From a virus: a stretch of DNA of 64,000 bases. Numbering within the stretch: position 1 is the first letter of the stretch; the number at the start of each line of letters is the position of its first letter. The stretch lies in the IMG/VR virus record IMGVR_UViG_3300009701_000001, positions 1-64,000 of that record, one strand, 5' to 3'. The notes beneath the pieces were generated by a model, which saw nothing but the letters and a program-made list of their open reading frames with translations, made no database searches and was not told the DNA's origin. Positions 32,092-40,953 of the stretch are shown here, one piece after another. A program made the position numbers and the translations under genes.

Positions 32092-34239
32092 TTATTTAGC
32101 AGCTTTCTTCGCTACAGTGATCATGATACTGCCATCGATTTCATCGTTGGACAGTTTACCGGGAAGCTTACTGTTAGTGTCATACAGCATTGGTCGAATA
32201 TCAGCTGCACTGTAACCAGCATCCACAAGAATCATGGCATAACGTAGAAGCATTTTATTGCGGTTACCATCACCCGTATTATTGAGAACCCAACGTTCCA
32301 GACGGTCCATTGCAGCCTGATCATCCATCTGCAACTTACGTTGTTCATCTTTACTGGTTCGTGGGATATACGGTAGTACATCGAAAAGTTCACCATCAAT
32401 GTATTCGTAGGTACCTGGATTAGATAACCACTTCTTACAACGATGTGAACATTCTTCATCAACTTCAAAAGGCAAACTTGCAATGATGTTATTGACGAAT
32501 TCTTTGTACTCTTTCGCATCCATCTTCAACTCATAGTTGAGTGGTAGAATGATACGATAACGGTTAGTCTCTGGAGTACTTCGCTTAGTTGTATAGAACA
32601 AAGCTTTATAGCCCTGTAATAACATCTTCGCTGTACTCATTTGACAGGTACCATCTACATCCAGAACCAGCATATTAAAGCCAGGGATCGCATTATCTTC
32701 ATTGCGATAACCATTGGCTAACTCATGGTTAATCCAATGATAATCCTTGCTGTTTACCAACTTATGCAGGTCTTGGAAAGGTACACGTTTTGCCACGTAA
32801 CCTGTAGTCATGTCCCGACTAAATGAAAGCAGACACTCGTTAAGGTTAGTAAGTTTAAGACTTTCCCCCGTTAAGAACAGAATACCTTCTTGGAAGGCAC
32901 GTTTAACAATGATGTTGTTCTTATACCCGTAAGCAATTGCCATGCTAATCATTTCTTCACGGTTTTGCTTACTACCACGGAAGTAGGGCAGGTCTTCATC
33001 CAGATCTGATAAAGTTACAGATGATTTCTTTTCAGCCAGATACTTAGCCAACTTAACGTAAGAACGTTCAGGGGTCATAAGTTTCATAAATGCTGAGCCA
33101 GAGTCTTCGACAAGCTTAATAGCATTCTCTAGGAGATCTTGTGTAATTTCTGACTCTTCATCTACGAAAGCATATGCAGCAGCTAACTTTAAAACTTTAA
33201 AGTAGCGGTTGTCCATTTCACCTTTTTTGATTGTCTCGTACTCATTATATGCAGCACCGAGCTTCTCGCAATCCAGTCGATACTGGATTAGGTTAAGTAG
33301 GACATTTTTACTGATGCGAATTTTCTTACGCATATGCGTTTGATCAGCCAGATTCCCCAGACGATCTGATAGCTGTGCAATGTGGGCATTGGCATTAGCA
33401 TCAAACATATTCTGAAGTAGCTGATCAGCAGTCAGGTCTTTACGTTTAGTTGAACCGGTTACAAAGCCGAAAATACAGCGACGTGCATAACCCATTTCCA
33501 ACATATCAAACAGACGCTTCTCAGTATCACCACCATCGAATAACTTAGTAGGTGTACCGAAGAGAAGCATGTTAGTTGGTGTGGCACCATTCAATCGTTC
33601 ATGTCGAACGTTTTCTGTGGTGGATTTAACCAGCTTTTCTTTAACTTTACCCAAGTCATACAACTCAAGGAAGGTATCCAGAATTTCAGTTTGACCGATC
33701 AGGTTTGCACCGATTTCATCAATCTGTAAATTGACTGCACCAGCATCACCCATAAGCAGCTTATGACGCATCTGTTTCACTGCTGGTGACGTACCTGAGT
33801 CAAAGCTATAGAGTAGACTACCCAAGCCTTCAAACTCTTTACGTACACGCTCCAGTTCATCGTCAGGGTCACTCTGTTTACGTGAAGCACGTTGAGTGGC
33901 TAACTTAGCCATATGAGTCTCAGCCTCAGCTGGGAAGACATATTCTAAGAAGTTCTCACGAAATTTATTAACAATTTCGTCTTCAATCAAACTCGTTGAA
34001 TAGCCTTTACCAGTACCTGATGGTGATAGATTCATTGCATAGATATTGATAGGCAAATCACGGCGATCAAAGCCAGAGATTACTGCACGCATTGAAGATG
34101 CCATTTGGGCATAGTAATAACCCAATACAACTCGGAAGAACAAACGTTCTTCGTTCTGTGTTTTACTACACAGGAAGTCTACCAACCCTTCTGATAGGGG
34201 GTGATAGCTCATTTCACTTACTGGTTTTTTGCTAATCAT
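32092..34239 (-). CDS. replication protein: N-terminal P-loop NTPase plus C-terminal DxD primase-like domain (N4 gp42/43 region)
   Basis: 715 aa. P-loop NLSPSGTGKGYS near residue 72. The C-terminal third has FNMLVLDVDGT (DxD) and NRYRIILPL, reminiscent of primase-polymerase/VirE-type domains. The domain order is read by eye only. Confidence 0.45.
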   Translation of the reverse strand: MISKKPVSEMSYHPLSEGLVDFLCSKTQNEERLFFRVVLGYYYAQMASSMRAVISGFDRRDLPINIYAMNLSPSGTGKGYSTSLIEDEIVNKFRENFLEYVFPAEAETHMAKLATQRASRKQSDPDDELERVRKEFEGLGSLLYSFDSGTSPAVKQMRHKLLMGDAGAVNLQIDEIGANLIGQTEILDTFLELYDLGKVKEKLVKSTTENVRHERLNGATPTNMLLFGTPTKLFDGGDTEKRLFDMLEMGYARRCIFGFVTGSTKRKDLTADQLLQNMFDANANAHIAQLSDRLGNLADQTHMRKKIRISKNVLLNLIQYRLDCEKLGAAYNEYETIKKGEMDNRYFKVLKLAAAYAFVDEESEITQDLLENAIKLVEDSGSAFMKLMTPERSYVKLAKYLAEKKSSVTLSDLDEDLPYFRGSKQNREEMISMAIAYGYKNNIIVKRAFQEGILFLTGESLKLTNLNECLLSFSRDMTTGYVAKRVPFQDLHKLVNSKDYHWINHELANGYRNEDNAIPGFNMLVLDVDGTCQMSTAKMLLQGYKALFYTTKRSTPETNRYRIILPLNYELKMDAKEYKEFVNNIIASLPFEVDEECSHRCKKWLSNPGTYEYIDGELFDVLPYIPRTSKDEQRKLQMDDQAAMDRLERWVLNNTGDGNRNKMLLRYAMILVDAGYSAADIRPMLYDTNSKLPGKLSNDEIDGSIMITVAKKAAK

Positions 34240-34247
34240 TTTAGCCT

Positions 34248-35246
34248 CTAATTAACTAAATCACCGGATAGGATTAAGCGATCCTTCTGGGTACATACGG
34301 GATAAGCAGGGCAGTACGCACATGCTTTAACAAGGCCTGGGATCATTACAAGTTCCCCTACAGAACCGTCAGCAAGGAATCGTTCGACACCTTCTTTTTC
34401 ATTGTCAAAGTTCTTCGTTGCTTTAGTTTTCTTCTGTGGATTTTTATAATATTTCCACACTGGATCAGAACGCCACAACTCGGATGCTGTACATTCAGGA
34501 AGGTCTAATTCAGCTGCATCCTTGTACTTCATGTACTGCTCAAGACGGTTACGTACATAAGCCTCTGTCTCTTCTAAACTCAAAAGTTCAAAGCGACGAG
34601 TTGCTGTTTTGTACTGTGGGTAATTAGCGTTTTGTTTAGCCATGAAACTTTGCCAGTCTGTGAAGATAAACTGAATGCTCATGGTATCTTTAGTGATGAT
34701 ATTTGGGTTAAGCCAGCGATAGATTGAACCCTGCAAAACGTAGTCTTTGTCTTTTGTACCAGACATAAAGGAAAAGGTTGACGTAGTTTTAAAGTCTTCA
34801 AGAGCACCATCACCTACGAAGTCAAATTTACCTGAGATACGGAAACCCATGAATTCCTTATAACTACGGAGTTCCATGTATACCGGTATGTCAGTTGCAG
34901 TGACAGTTTTAGGATCAGGGTTAATTTTGAACCGTCGGATTATGTCAGGGCTATACCCTAATTTTTCCAAGGCTTGTTTATGGTGGTCTGTCCATGCCCT
35001 TTCAATACCATCATGAATGGCAGTACCATTACGGGATGATAACAAGTCAGCCAGTTCGACAGTCATAAGTTCAGGTGGTACACGTCTGGACAATATGGCT
35101 TGTCGTAAAGGTTTCAATAAAGCAGTGGCAGATAAGGTACCCGGATCATGGTCATAATGATCCACAGCTAAAAATACAGCCATTGATAAAGGTATCTTTG
35201 CCTTATTTGTTATTTGGCTTTTCGCCATTTTCTTTCTCCTGATCAA
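34248..35246 (-). CDS. PD-(D/E)XK exonuclease of the Cas4/RecB type with Cys cluster
   Basis: 332 aa. GKFDFVGDGALEDFKTTS gives the D...E-x-K nuclease motif and QGSIYRW the Q..Y motif. C-terminal CAYCPAYPVC is the CX2CX5C pattern of Fe-S Cas4/AddB nucleases, with a further Cys in LPECTASE upstream. Confidence 0.65.
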   Translation of the reverse strand: MIRRKKMAKSQITNKAKIPLSMAVFLAVDHYDHDPGTLSATALLKPLRQAILSRRVPPELMTVELADLLSSRNGTAIHDGIERAWTDHHKQALEKLGYSPDIIRRFKINPDPKTVTATDIPVYMELRSYKEFMGFRISGKFDFVGDGALEDFKTTSTFSFMSGTKDKDYVLQGSIYRWLNPNIITKDTMSIQFIFTDWQSFMAKQNANYPQYKTATRRFELLSLEETEAYVRNRLEQYMKYKDAAELDLPECTASELWRSDPVWKYYKNPQKKTKATKNFDNEKEGVERFLADGSVGELVMIPGLVKACAYCPAYPVCTQKDRLILSGDLVN

Positions 35247-35712
35247 ACCAGATTAAGAATAGAAGGCAGCACACTGCATGGGAAAGATGATTAAATCCAG
35301 TTTCTGGATCTTTCTTCTCACCCTGATGCCAAGCCAAGATATGACGCATTGCTGCATCAAAATATCGGGTCTCCGCTTGGGGTACTTTCTTCCAGTTATC
35401 GAGTGCATATTTCTTTGCACCGAATTCTAGTACGGCTACTACGCTTTGGATTGCCTTCCAGGGCAACAAACTAAAACGTAGTTTGGACGAATCGTTTTTA
35501 CGCCCTTCCTGAGAAAATAATTGTTCAGCTTTAGCTTCTGCATACGTTTTAGTTTCTTTTGGCTCCTGTGCCTTTAGCCTGTTAATACGAGACTCTAAAT
35601 ACGTAATTCGGGTTAACCATCTGAATTTTGACTTCTCTGCACTACTCTGATTTAAGTACTGATAAGCGGCACGTAACTCAGATTCTGCCCGTTTTAATTC
35701 TTCCGACGCCAT
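35203..35712 (-). CDS. DUF5664-type dATP/dGTP diphosphohydrolase-like domain protein with N-terminal coiled coil
   Basis: The core SSKLRFSLLPWKAIQSVVAVLEFGAKKYALDNWKKV...YFDAAMRHILAWHQGEKKDPETGFNHLSHAVCCLLFLIW matches the DUF5664 pattern from memory. The track start 35727 is TTG. I prefer ATG 35712 (MASEEL), which is preceded by GAGGT. Confidence 0.55.
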   Translation of the reverse strand: MASEELKRAESELRAAYQYLNQSSAEKSKFRWLTRITYLESRINRLKAQEPKETKTYAEAKAEQLFSQEGRKNDSSKLRFSLLPWKAIQSVVAVLEFGAKKYALDNWKKVPQAETRYFDAAMRHILAWHQGEKKDPETGFNHLSHAVCCLLFLIWFDQEKENGEKPNNK

Positions 35713-35723
35713 AATTACCTCAG

Positions 35724-35750
35724 TCAAAAGAGTGGCCGGAGGGCCACCCT
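35724..35750 (-). terminator. hairpin with short T tract between nrdA and the DUF5664 gene
   Basis: On the - strand: GTGGCC-ctcc-GGCCAC followed by TCTTTTG. Probably a partial terminator or processing site. Confidence 0.4.
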
Positions 35751-35758
35751 AAGTTTTG

Positions 35759-37489
35759 TTAAGCCTGACAAGCTATACATTCGTCTTTCACAACCACACC
35801 ACTTCTGGAATAGATGTAATAGATGGATAGTATTTCCTCGTCCAGTACAGCTCTGGTAAGAAGGTCTGAGATCAACTCTTCTGAACCAGTCTCAGGTACA
35901 AAGAAGTTAATAGACTGACCTTGGCATAACCATTTCTGTCTCTGGCTTGCATAGCGTAGTAAGACATGTTGATCCATTTCGAATGCTGTTTTAAATACCA
36001 GCTTCTCATGCTCGTTTAGCCAATCTACGTGTTGGACTGAACCCACATGATCAATAATGTCTTGAATAGTCGCTTCTGAGTAAACACCACGTTCCTGCAT
36101 TAACTTGTAAATCTCAGGTACTATACGTCTGAGATCACCGGCAGCAGAGCCTGCATCAAAGACCATTCCTGGATCTGGGAACCATGATTCAGATACACCA
36201 CCCATAAGTAGGCTAGTGCTCTTAGTCGGGGCTAAAGCAGTTCGATGGGTATTACGTACTCCGAAACCTTCACACCATTCTGGCTCACCCAGCATCTGTG
36301 CTATATCAACTGATGCACGGAAAGACTCATCATGGATATGTTTGAAGATTTCATTGTTTAGGAATTGAGCATCCAAGGATTCATAAGGAACACGATTAGC
36401 CTGTAGGTATGTGCTAAAGCCCATTACCCCTAAACCAATCGCACGACCCTTAATAGTGAAGTCACGGACCTTTTCCAAACCTACTATACCTTTACTGGTT
36501 TTGATGAACTCAGAACAAAGGCAATCAAGGAATATCGTTGCTACATACACAGCATCTGTATTCTTGATCGTATCCCAATGCGTTAAGTTCAAAGAAGCCA
36601 GAATGCAACTGTAAGTGTACTCATCGCTTGAATGCAGCATAATTTCAGTGCACAGATTTGTTGCACGAATATACAGCTCTCGCTCTTTGTACATCACAGG
36701 ACGGTGACGGTTAGCTTTATCAATAAAGAATAAATAACCTTTACCAGTCAACATTTTAGTATGTACGGCATCTCGGAAACGTTGGTTCGCTTCATCGTCA
36801 CCTGCTTTTAGTTTTTCAACAAAAGCATCATTAATGACCCAACCATAATTCTTACCATTCGGATCTGTTTTCAAAGCATTGAGACATTCGTAAAAGTCTC
36901 CATGTTCAATATTCAGATAGGCAGCTACAGAACCACGTCTGTTTCCACCTTGGCTAACTTTAGAGGTACAGGTAAAGAAGTCATCAATAACTTCTTTTGC
37001 ACCATTAGCCACACCACCTTTACTGATAGGTGTACCACGAGGTCGAATGTTAGAGAAATCAGCCGAGGTACCAAAAGCATACTTAGATAGGATTGCAGTT
37101 TCCCGTAGAGCAGAATAAAAGCTATCAATACTATCATTTACTACTTGCCCTGAGCACGAGACAGGCATACCACGAGAAGTTCCTGTGTTAGCCAGTGCAG
37201 GGGATGCCGGAGACAGAATACCTTTCCACATTAGGTTAAAGAATTTAAGTTCAAATTCAGCCTGTTTATCTGTAGGAAGGTGTTTAGCCAATGTATGGGC
37301 AATTGCTTGATGACGTCCACGCACAGACTCTTCACTACCATGTTGATACTTGGCAGAGAACATTTGGTATGCCTGTGTGGTATACCAGTCTGGTAGAAGG
37401 CCATCTTGCTGTAGCTGTTTGCGTTCAGCACTCAGTGATTCAAATTTGAGTGTGGTTGAGTTATCTAAGCCAGTGGGTTTAAAGGACAT
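35759..37489 (-). CDS. nrdA: ribonucleotide reductase large subunit (class I, no ATP-cone)
   Basis: 576 aa. Motifs: PVSCSG, GGNRRGSVAAYL, catalytic NLCTEI, ALAPTKSTSL, and a C-terminal redox Cys pair CIACQA. Its start overlaps the nrdB stop. Confidence 0.85.
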   Translation of the reverse strand: MSFKPTGLDNSTTLKFESLSAERKQLQQDGLLPDWYTTQAYQMFSAKYQHGSEESVRGRHQAIAHTLAKHLPTDKQAEFELKFFNLMWKGILSPASPALANTGTSRGMPVSCSGQVVNDSIDSFYSALRETAILSKYAFGTSADFSNIRPRGTPISKGGVANGAKEVIDDFFTCTSKVSQGGNRRGSVAAYLNIEHGDFYECLNALKTDPNGKNYGWVINDAFVEKLKAGDDEANQRFRDAVHTKMLTGKGYLFFIDKANRHRPVMYKERELYIRATNLCTEIMLHSSDEYTYSCILASLNLTHWDTIKNTDAVYVATIFLDCLCSEFIKTSKGIVGLEKVRDFTIKGRAIGLGVMGFSTYLQANRVPYESLDAQFLNNEIFKHIHDESFRASVDIAQMLGEPEWCEGFGVRNTHRTALAPTKSTSLLMGGVSESWFPDPGMVFDAGSAAGDLRRIVPEIYKLMQERGVYSEATIQDIIDHVGSVQHVDWLNEHEKLVFKTAFEMDQHVLLRYASQRQKWLCQGQSINFFVPETGSEELISDLLTRAVLDEEILSIYYIYSRSGVVVKDECIACQA

Positions 37490-38559
37490 TAGAGCACCTC
37501 TGGTTTCAGATAGCTGGTTAAATTCTTCGCTGGTTTGCTAATTTCAGCAGCCAGATCAGTATTAAATCCAAGCTTATGTTTGGCCCAATCACGGGTATAT
37601 TGCAGAGCAGTACCGGCGAAGAAATCGACGTACTTATAGGTAGAAAGTGAGTTGTAGAACCAACCACTAATTACACCATTCTCTTGCTCAAACATACGAG
37701 GTGCACCAAGACGTTCCAGTACGATATTGGTACGGTCACGTACAAAGTGCTGCATCTCTTCTTTAGTCACGACACGAATTGTTTCTGGTGCGTGTGAAAA
37801 GATACGTTCGATCATTGCCAGCTCATGGTTACAAACGTCTTCTGCCATACGCCAAACTTTAGTTTGAATTGCTTCAACCTCAGCTTGAGACATGGTGTTG
37901 TTTTGAATACGTTCTTCCATAGCAGTACGGAATAACCAAGCAGAGAAAATAGAATGATAGTTCTCATCTTTAGCTGAGCCATCAATGCCATTAACGAAGT
38001 GTGGGATCATATTGAAACCACGGGTATTAAAGGATTTGAAGTAGGCAAATGCGGAGAACAACATTACCCCTTCAAGGAATGCCAGTGCAGCAGCCGCTTC
38101 CAATGCGTCACCTGTTTCAGCTTGTTTACCAATCCATCCAATATGCTTAGACAGATCTTCATCACGCTTCCACTCGGTATAGAACTCGTCTGTAGCCAAG
38201 TCTAATGCCTTGTTAATCAAGTCATAGAATGGGGCATGAGAGTTTAACTCTACCATTGAGAAAACAGCACAAGCACGCTGAATCTCTGGACGTGGGAATA
38301 AAGCAGCAATACGGCCACCCCACATCTCTTCACCACCAATCATTAACTCATACTGAGTTAGTACTGATTGGAGAGTCAGGATACCCTCACGCTCGCCTAC
38401 AGACAGTTTGTTGTGGAAGTCGGATACGTCTTCTTCAACTCCCAGTTCTTCGGCAGGCCAGAATATAGCCATCTGGCTTATAGCAGCTTGGGTAGCAGCG
38501 GGGTATGTTTCAACATAAGACTCTGTAGGAGTCTCAATACGGGACTTTGGTTTGGTCAT
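37489..38559 (-). CDS. nrdB: ribonucleotide reductase small subunit
   Basis: 356 aa. Di-iron/tyrosyl motifs: SMVELNSHAPFY, FLEGVMLFSAFAYF, SAKDENYHSIF. C-terminal tail for alpha-subunit binding. Confidence 0.85.
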   Translation of the reverse strand: MTKPKSRIETPTESYVETYPAATQAAISQMAIFWPAEELGVEEDVSDFHNKLSVGEREGILTLQSVLTQYELMIGGEEMWGGRIAALFPRPEIQRACAVFSMVELNSHAPFYDLINKALDLATDEFYTEWKRDEDLSKHIGWIGKQAETGDALEAAAALAFLEGVMLFSAFAYFKSFNTRGFNMIPHFVNGIDGSAKDENYHSIFSAWLFRTAMEERIQNNTMSQAEVEAIQTKVWRMAEDVCNHELAMIERIFSHAPETIRVVTKEEMQHFVRDRTNIVLERLGAPRMFEQENGVISGWFYNSLSTYKYVDFFAGTALQYTRDWAKHKLGFNTDLAAEISKPAKNLTSYLKPEVL

Positions 38560-38642
38560 AGGTTACCTGATGGGTTAGGTATGGAAGAAAGGGAAAGGAA
38601 GCTTACAACATTCTCCCATTCCCACGGAAACATTTATTTACC

Positions 38643-39410
38643 CTATGACCGGGTGAGTGCTGACCAACTTACAGGGAATAAGGGTTCCACAAGTCCTCTG
38701 ACCAGTCCAGCGAGTTCTTGGATTTCTTGTTGTGCATGAGGGTCAGATCGTTTGTTGTAGAAGTTAGCAAAGGCTAGAAGATTTCCTGTCCAAATCCAGT
38801 TAACCATTGCACCTTGTGGCAAGACCAAACGTGCTTGTTCTGGAGCTATGCCATCTGCAATCATGCGTTCATACAAAGCTACGGCAGAGTTAGTTTGCAT
38901 CTTATACTCATGTTTCCAATGTTCGTTAGATTCATGAATACCTGCACTACCTTGCTTAATACTTCCTTCTGGTTTCTCACGAAACTCAGGGATGAAAATT
39001 TCAGGCGTGGCTGAAATGTATCGGCGAGATTCCTCATTCTCTACCAGACCTTGCTTATGCTTAAAGCACTGAGTGCGAATAGGAATAGGGGCTTTCATAC
39101 GCATTGTAATTGCGGTATGGGCAAAGGGTGTCCAATGTACTGCTTGATGACGGATATCGTCATAGAGCATTTCTGCACAGTCTTTTGCACACTCAATATT
39201 ATTAACTTGACCCATGTAACCTTGAGCTAACACACTAATAATATTTTCACGATCTTTACTGGTTACACCGTTAGCCAGAAAACGAATAAGGCTTGCATCT
39301 TTCTCTGGGGTACTTTCTTTTATCAATGTACCAAAAGAAATACGTGCAACATTTACCACGCGTTCATCATCACCCATGTGATCGATATACTCAGCAATTT
39401 GCTGTGACAT
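38643..39410 (-). CDS. thyX: flavin-dependent thymidylate synthase ThyX family, with substituted signature motif
   Basis: N-terminal HMGDDERVVNVARISFG and the central FKHKQGLVENEESRRY are ThyX-like, but the canonical RHR reads KHK. I moved the start to ATG 39410 (MSQQIAEY), preceded by GAGGA. The track start 39473 would run through the leader hairpin. Confidence 0.7.
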   Translation of the reverse strand: MSQQIAEYIDHMGDDERVVNVARISFGTLIKESTPEKDASLIRFLANGVTSKDRENIISVLAQGYMGQVNNIECAKDCAEMLYDDIRHQAVHWTPFAHTAITMRMKAPIPIRTQCFKHKQGLVENEESRRYISATPEIFIPEFREKPEGSIKQGSAGIHESNEHWKHEYKMQTNSAVALYERMIADGIAPEQARLVLPQGAMVNWIWTGNLLAFANFYNKRSDPHAQQEIQELAGLVRGLVEPLFPVSWSALTRS

Positions 39411-39433
39411 AACTTTTTCCTCGTTAGTTACTT

Positions 39434-39457
39434 CATAAAAGGGCAGGGAACTGCCCC
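39434..39457 (-). promoter_or_regulatory. terminator-like leader hairpin upstream of thyX
   Basis: On the - strand: GGGCAG-ttcc-CTGCCC followed by TTTTATG, about 25 nt before the thyX SD, inside the 100-nt divergent region. Confidence 0.3.
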
Positions 39458-39510
39458 AAGATAGAAAAAACATATATCATACGTTTTATCCAAATTAGTG
39501 AGGTGTTTAC

Positions 39511-40209
39511 ATGTTAAAAAATACAACGGCCATTGATGTGTACCTTAAAAATCCAAATGGTACTCCAATGACCTTTACTGAGTTTGCCGTCAAACCAGTT
39601 AAGACCGGATTCTATTCAGCTTTCGTGGGATTGGTTGAAGATAAAGAGATTCTTTATCGTACTGATAATAATGGCTATGTTCGTATTAATCTTTGGCCTC
39701 TTCCCTTCCCTTATATTCTTTTTTATACCGATGAGGACAATGAAGAGAGCAAGCCAGGTAAATTTTTATTTTATGTTCCTGATGTAACCACTGTGGTTAA
39801 TCTTCAAGACTTGCTGGTTGTTCTTGCGGATAGTACAGATAAGTACATTGACACTGTGTTACAGCAAATTATAGATGCCAAGGTTAGAGTTCTGGCTTCT
39901 GTAGATACAGCAACACAAGCAGCAAGTTCAGCTACAGTGGCTTTAAATACTGCAACAAGTACAGTGACTGACGGAGTAGCTAAAGTTGTTTTAGCTCAAC
40001 AGGCAGTTTCCGAGGCACAGACGGCAATAACTAAACAGGCTGCAAGTATTGCAACCACCGTTAACCAAATCCAAGTAATGAAGTTACAGAATCGTTTAGT
40101 CCTCGGATCTTATACATTGTGGGTAGATACACAAGGTAACCTTCGAATCATAAACGGTACTCCAACTACAGATCTTGATGGTACTATTGTTGGCAATCAA
40201 CCAGTTTGA
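39511..40209 (+). CDS. tail-fibre-like protein (coiled-coil shaft)
   Basis: 232 aa with GTGAGGTG SD. Central Ala/Thr/Ser/Gln-rich helical segment (VDTATQAASSATVALNTATSTVTDGVAKVVLAQQAVSEAQTAITKQAASIATT), typical of fibre shafts. Confidence 0.4.
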   Translation: MLKNTTAIDVYLKNPNGTPMTFTEFAVKPVKTGFYSAFVGLVEDKEILYRTDNNGYVRINLWPLPFPYILFYTDEDNEESKPGKFLFYVPDVTTVVNLQDLLVVLADSTDKYIDTVLQQIIDAKVRVLASVDTATQAASSATVALNTATSTVTDGVAKVVLAQQAVSEAQTAITKQAASIATTVNQIQVMKLQNRLVLGSYTLWVDTQGNLRIINGTPTTDLDGTIVGNQPV

Positions 40210-40217
40210 ATTAAGGA

Positions 40218-40934
40218 ATGTCTATGTGCTCAAGATGTGGGTGTAATCCGTGTGGGCATGTCCCACCATTTAACGTTCTGGATCAAGCAGTTCAGGATGC
40301 TTTAGCAAGTCGAGTAGTAGAACTTGATGGCCTTGCAGCAGACAGTAAAGAGTCTGCAAAAGAAGCAGGGATATCAGCAGATGCAGCGCAAGCGTCAGCT
40401 GTAGCAGCATCTGCGTCAGCTACAAATGCCCAGACTTCTGCTAATACAGCGTCAGAAATTTTAACCTCAGTAACGGATGCAAGTGCAACTATTAATGCAG
40501 CCGTTGAACAGGTTGAAGCTTTAACTGAAACCCTTGAGTCTGAAATTGCCAAACTAACAACTGCCCCGTTCTACCATATGTGTTTAGCAGGTGAACAGAA
40601 CGTTGTACTACCAGCAGAATTTTCCACATTCAGTGTTCGATCACTGTATATTGCTGGCGTCCGTCAAGATGTTGGGTATGACTTTACTTTTGATAAGCCT
40701 ACCCAAACTATTCGTTTATCCAATGCAATTACGGCAGATGATATTGAAGATGCTGGCATTGATGGTTTACGAATGGTGGCTGTGTGTGATAATTACAATT
40801 CCGATGATGCTACAGGTATTGCTACGATTTTAAGTAGTACGGGTGGTGCCAATACTGTTAATACCTCAACAGGTAAATCAGTACAGGCAGAGTTGGATGC
40901 AATTAAAGCTCAGCTGGCTTCATTGAATACTTAA
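40218..40934 (+). CDS. tail-fibre-like protein with N-terminal Cys knuckle
   Basis: 238 aa. N terminus MSMCSRCGCNPCGH. Fibre-type shaft SAKEAGISADAAQASAVAASASATNAQTSANTA. The start could instead be ATG 40224, which has better SD spacing. Confidence 0.45.
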   Translation: MSMCSRCGCNPCGHVPPFNVLDQAVQDALASRVVELDGLAADSKESAKEAGISADAAQASAVAASASATNAQTSANTASEILTSVTDASATINAAVEQVEALTETLESEIAKLTTAPFYHMCLAGEQNVVLPAEFSTFSVRSLYIAGVRQDVGYDFTFDKPTQTIRLSNAITADDIEDAGIDGLRMVAVCDNYNSDDATGIATILSSTGGANTVNTSTGKSVQAELDAIKAQLASLNT

Positions 40935-40953
40935 TAGAAAAACAAGAGGTAAT

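Noticed and set aside
35203-39473. Possibility of a 2-aminoadenine (Z) genome, because of the MazZ-like DUF5664 domain
   Set aside because: No PurZ-like adenylosuccinate-synthetase homologue, no DatZ-like HD phosphohydrolase and no DpoZ-type polymerase are visible in the 64 kb. DUF5664 domains are common in phages with ordinary DNA. The unseen remainder of the genome has not been checked.
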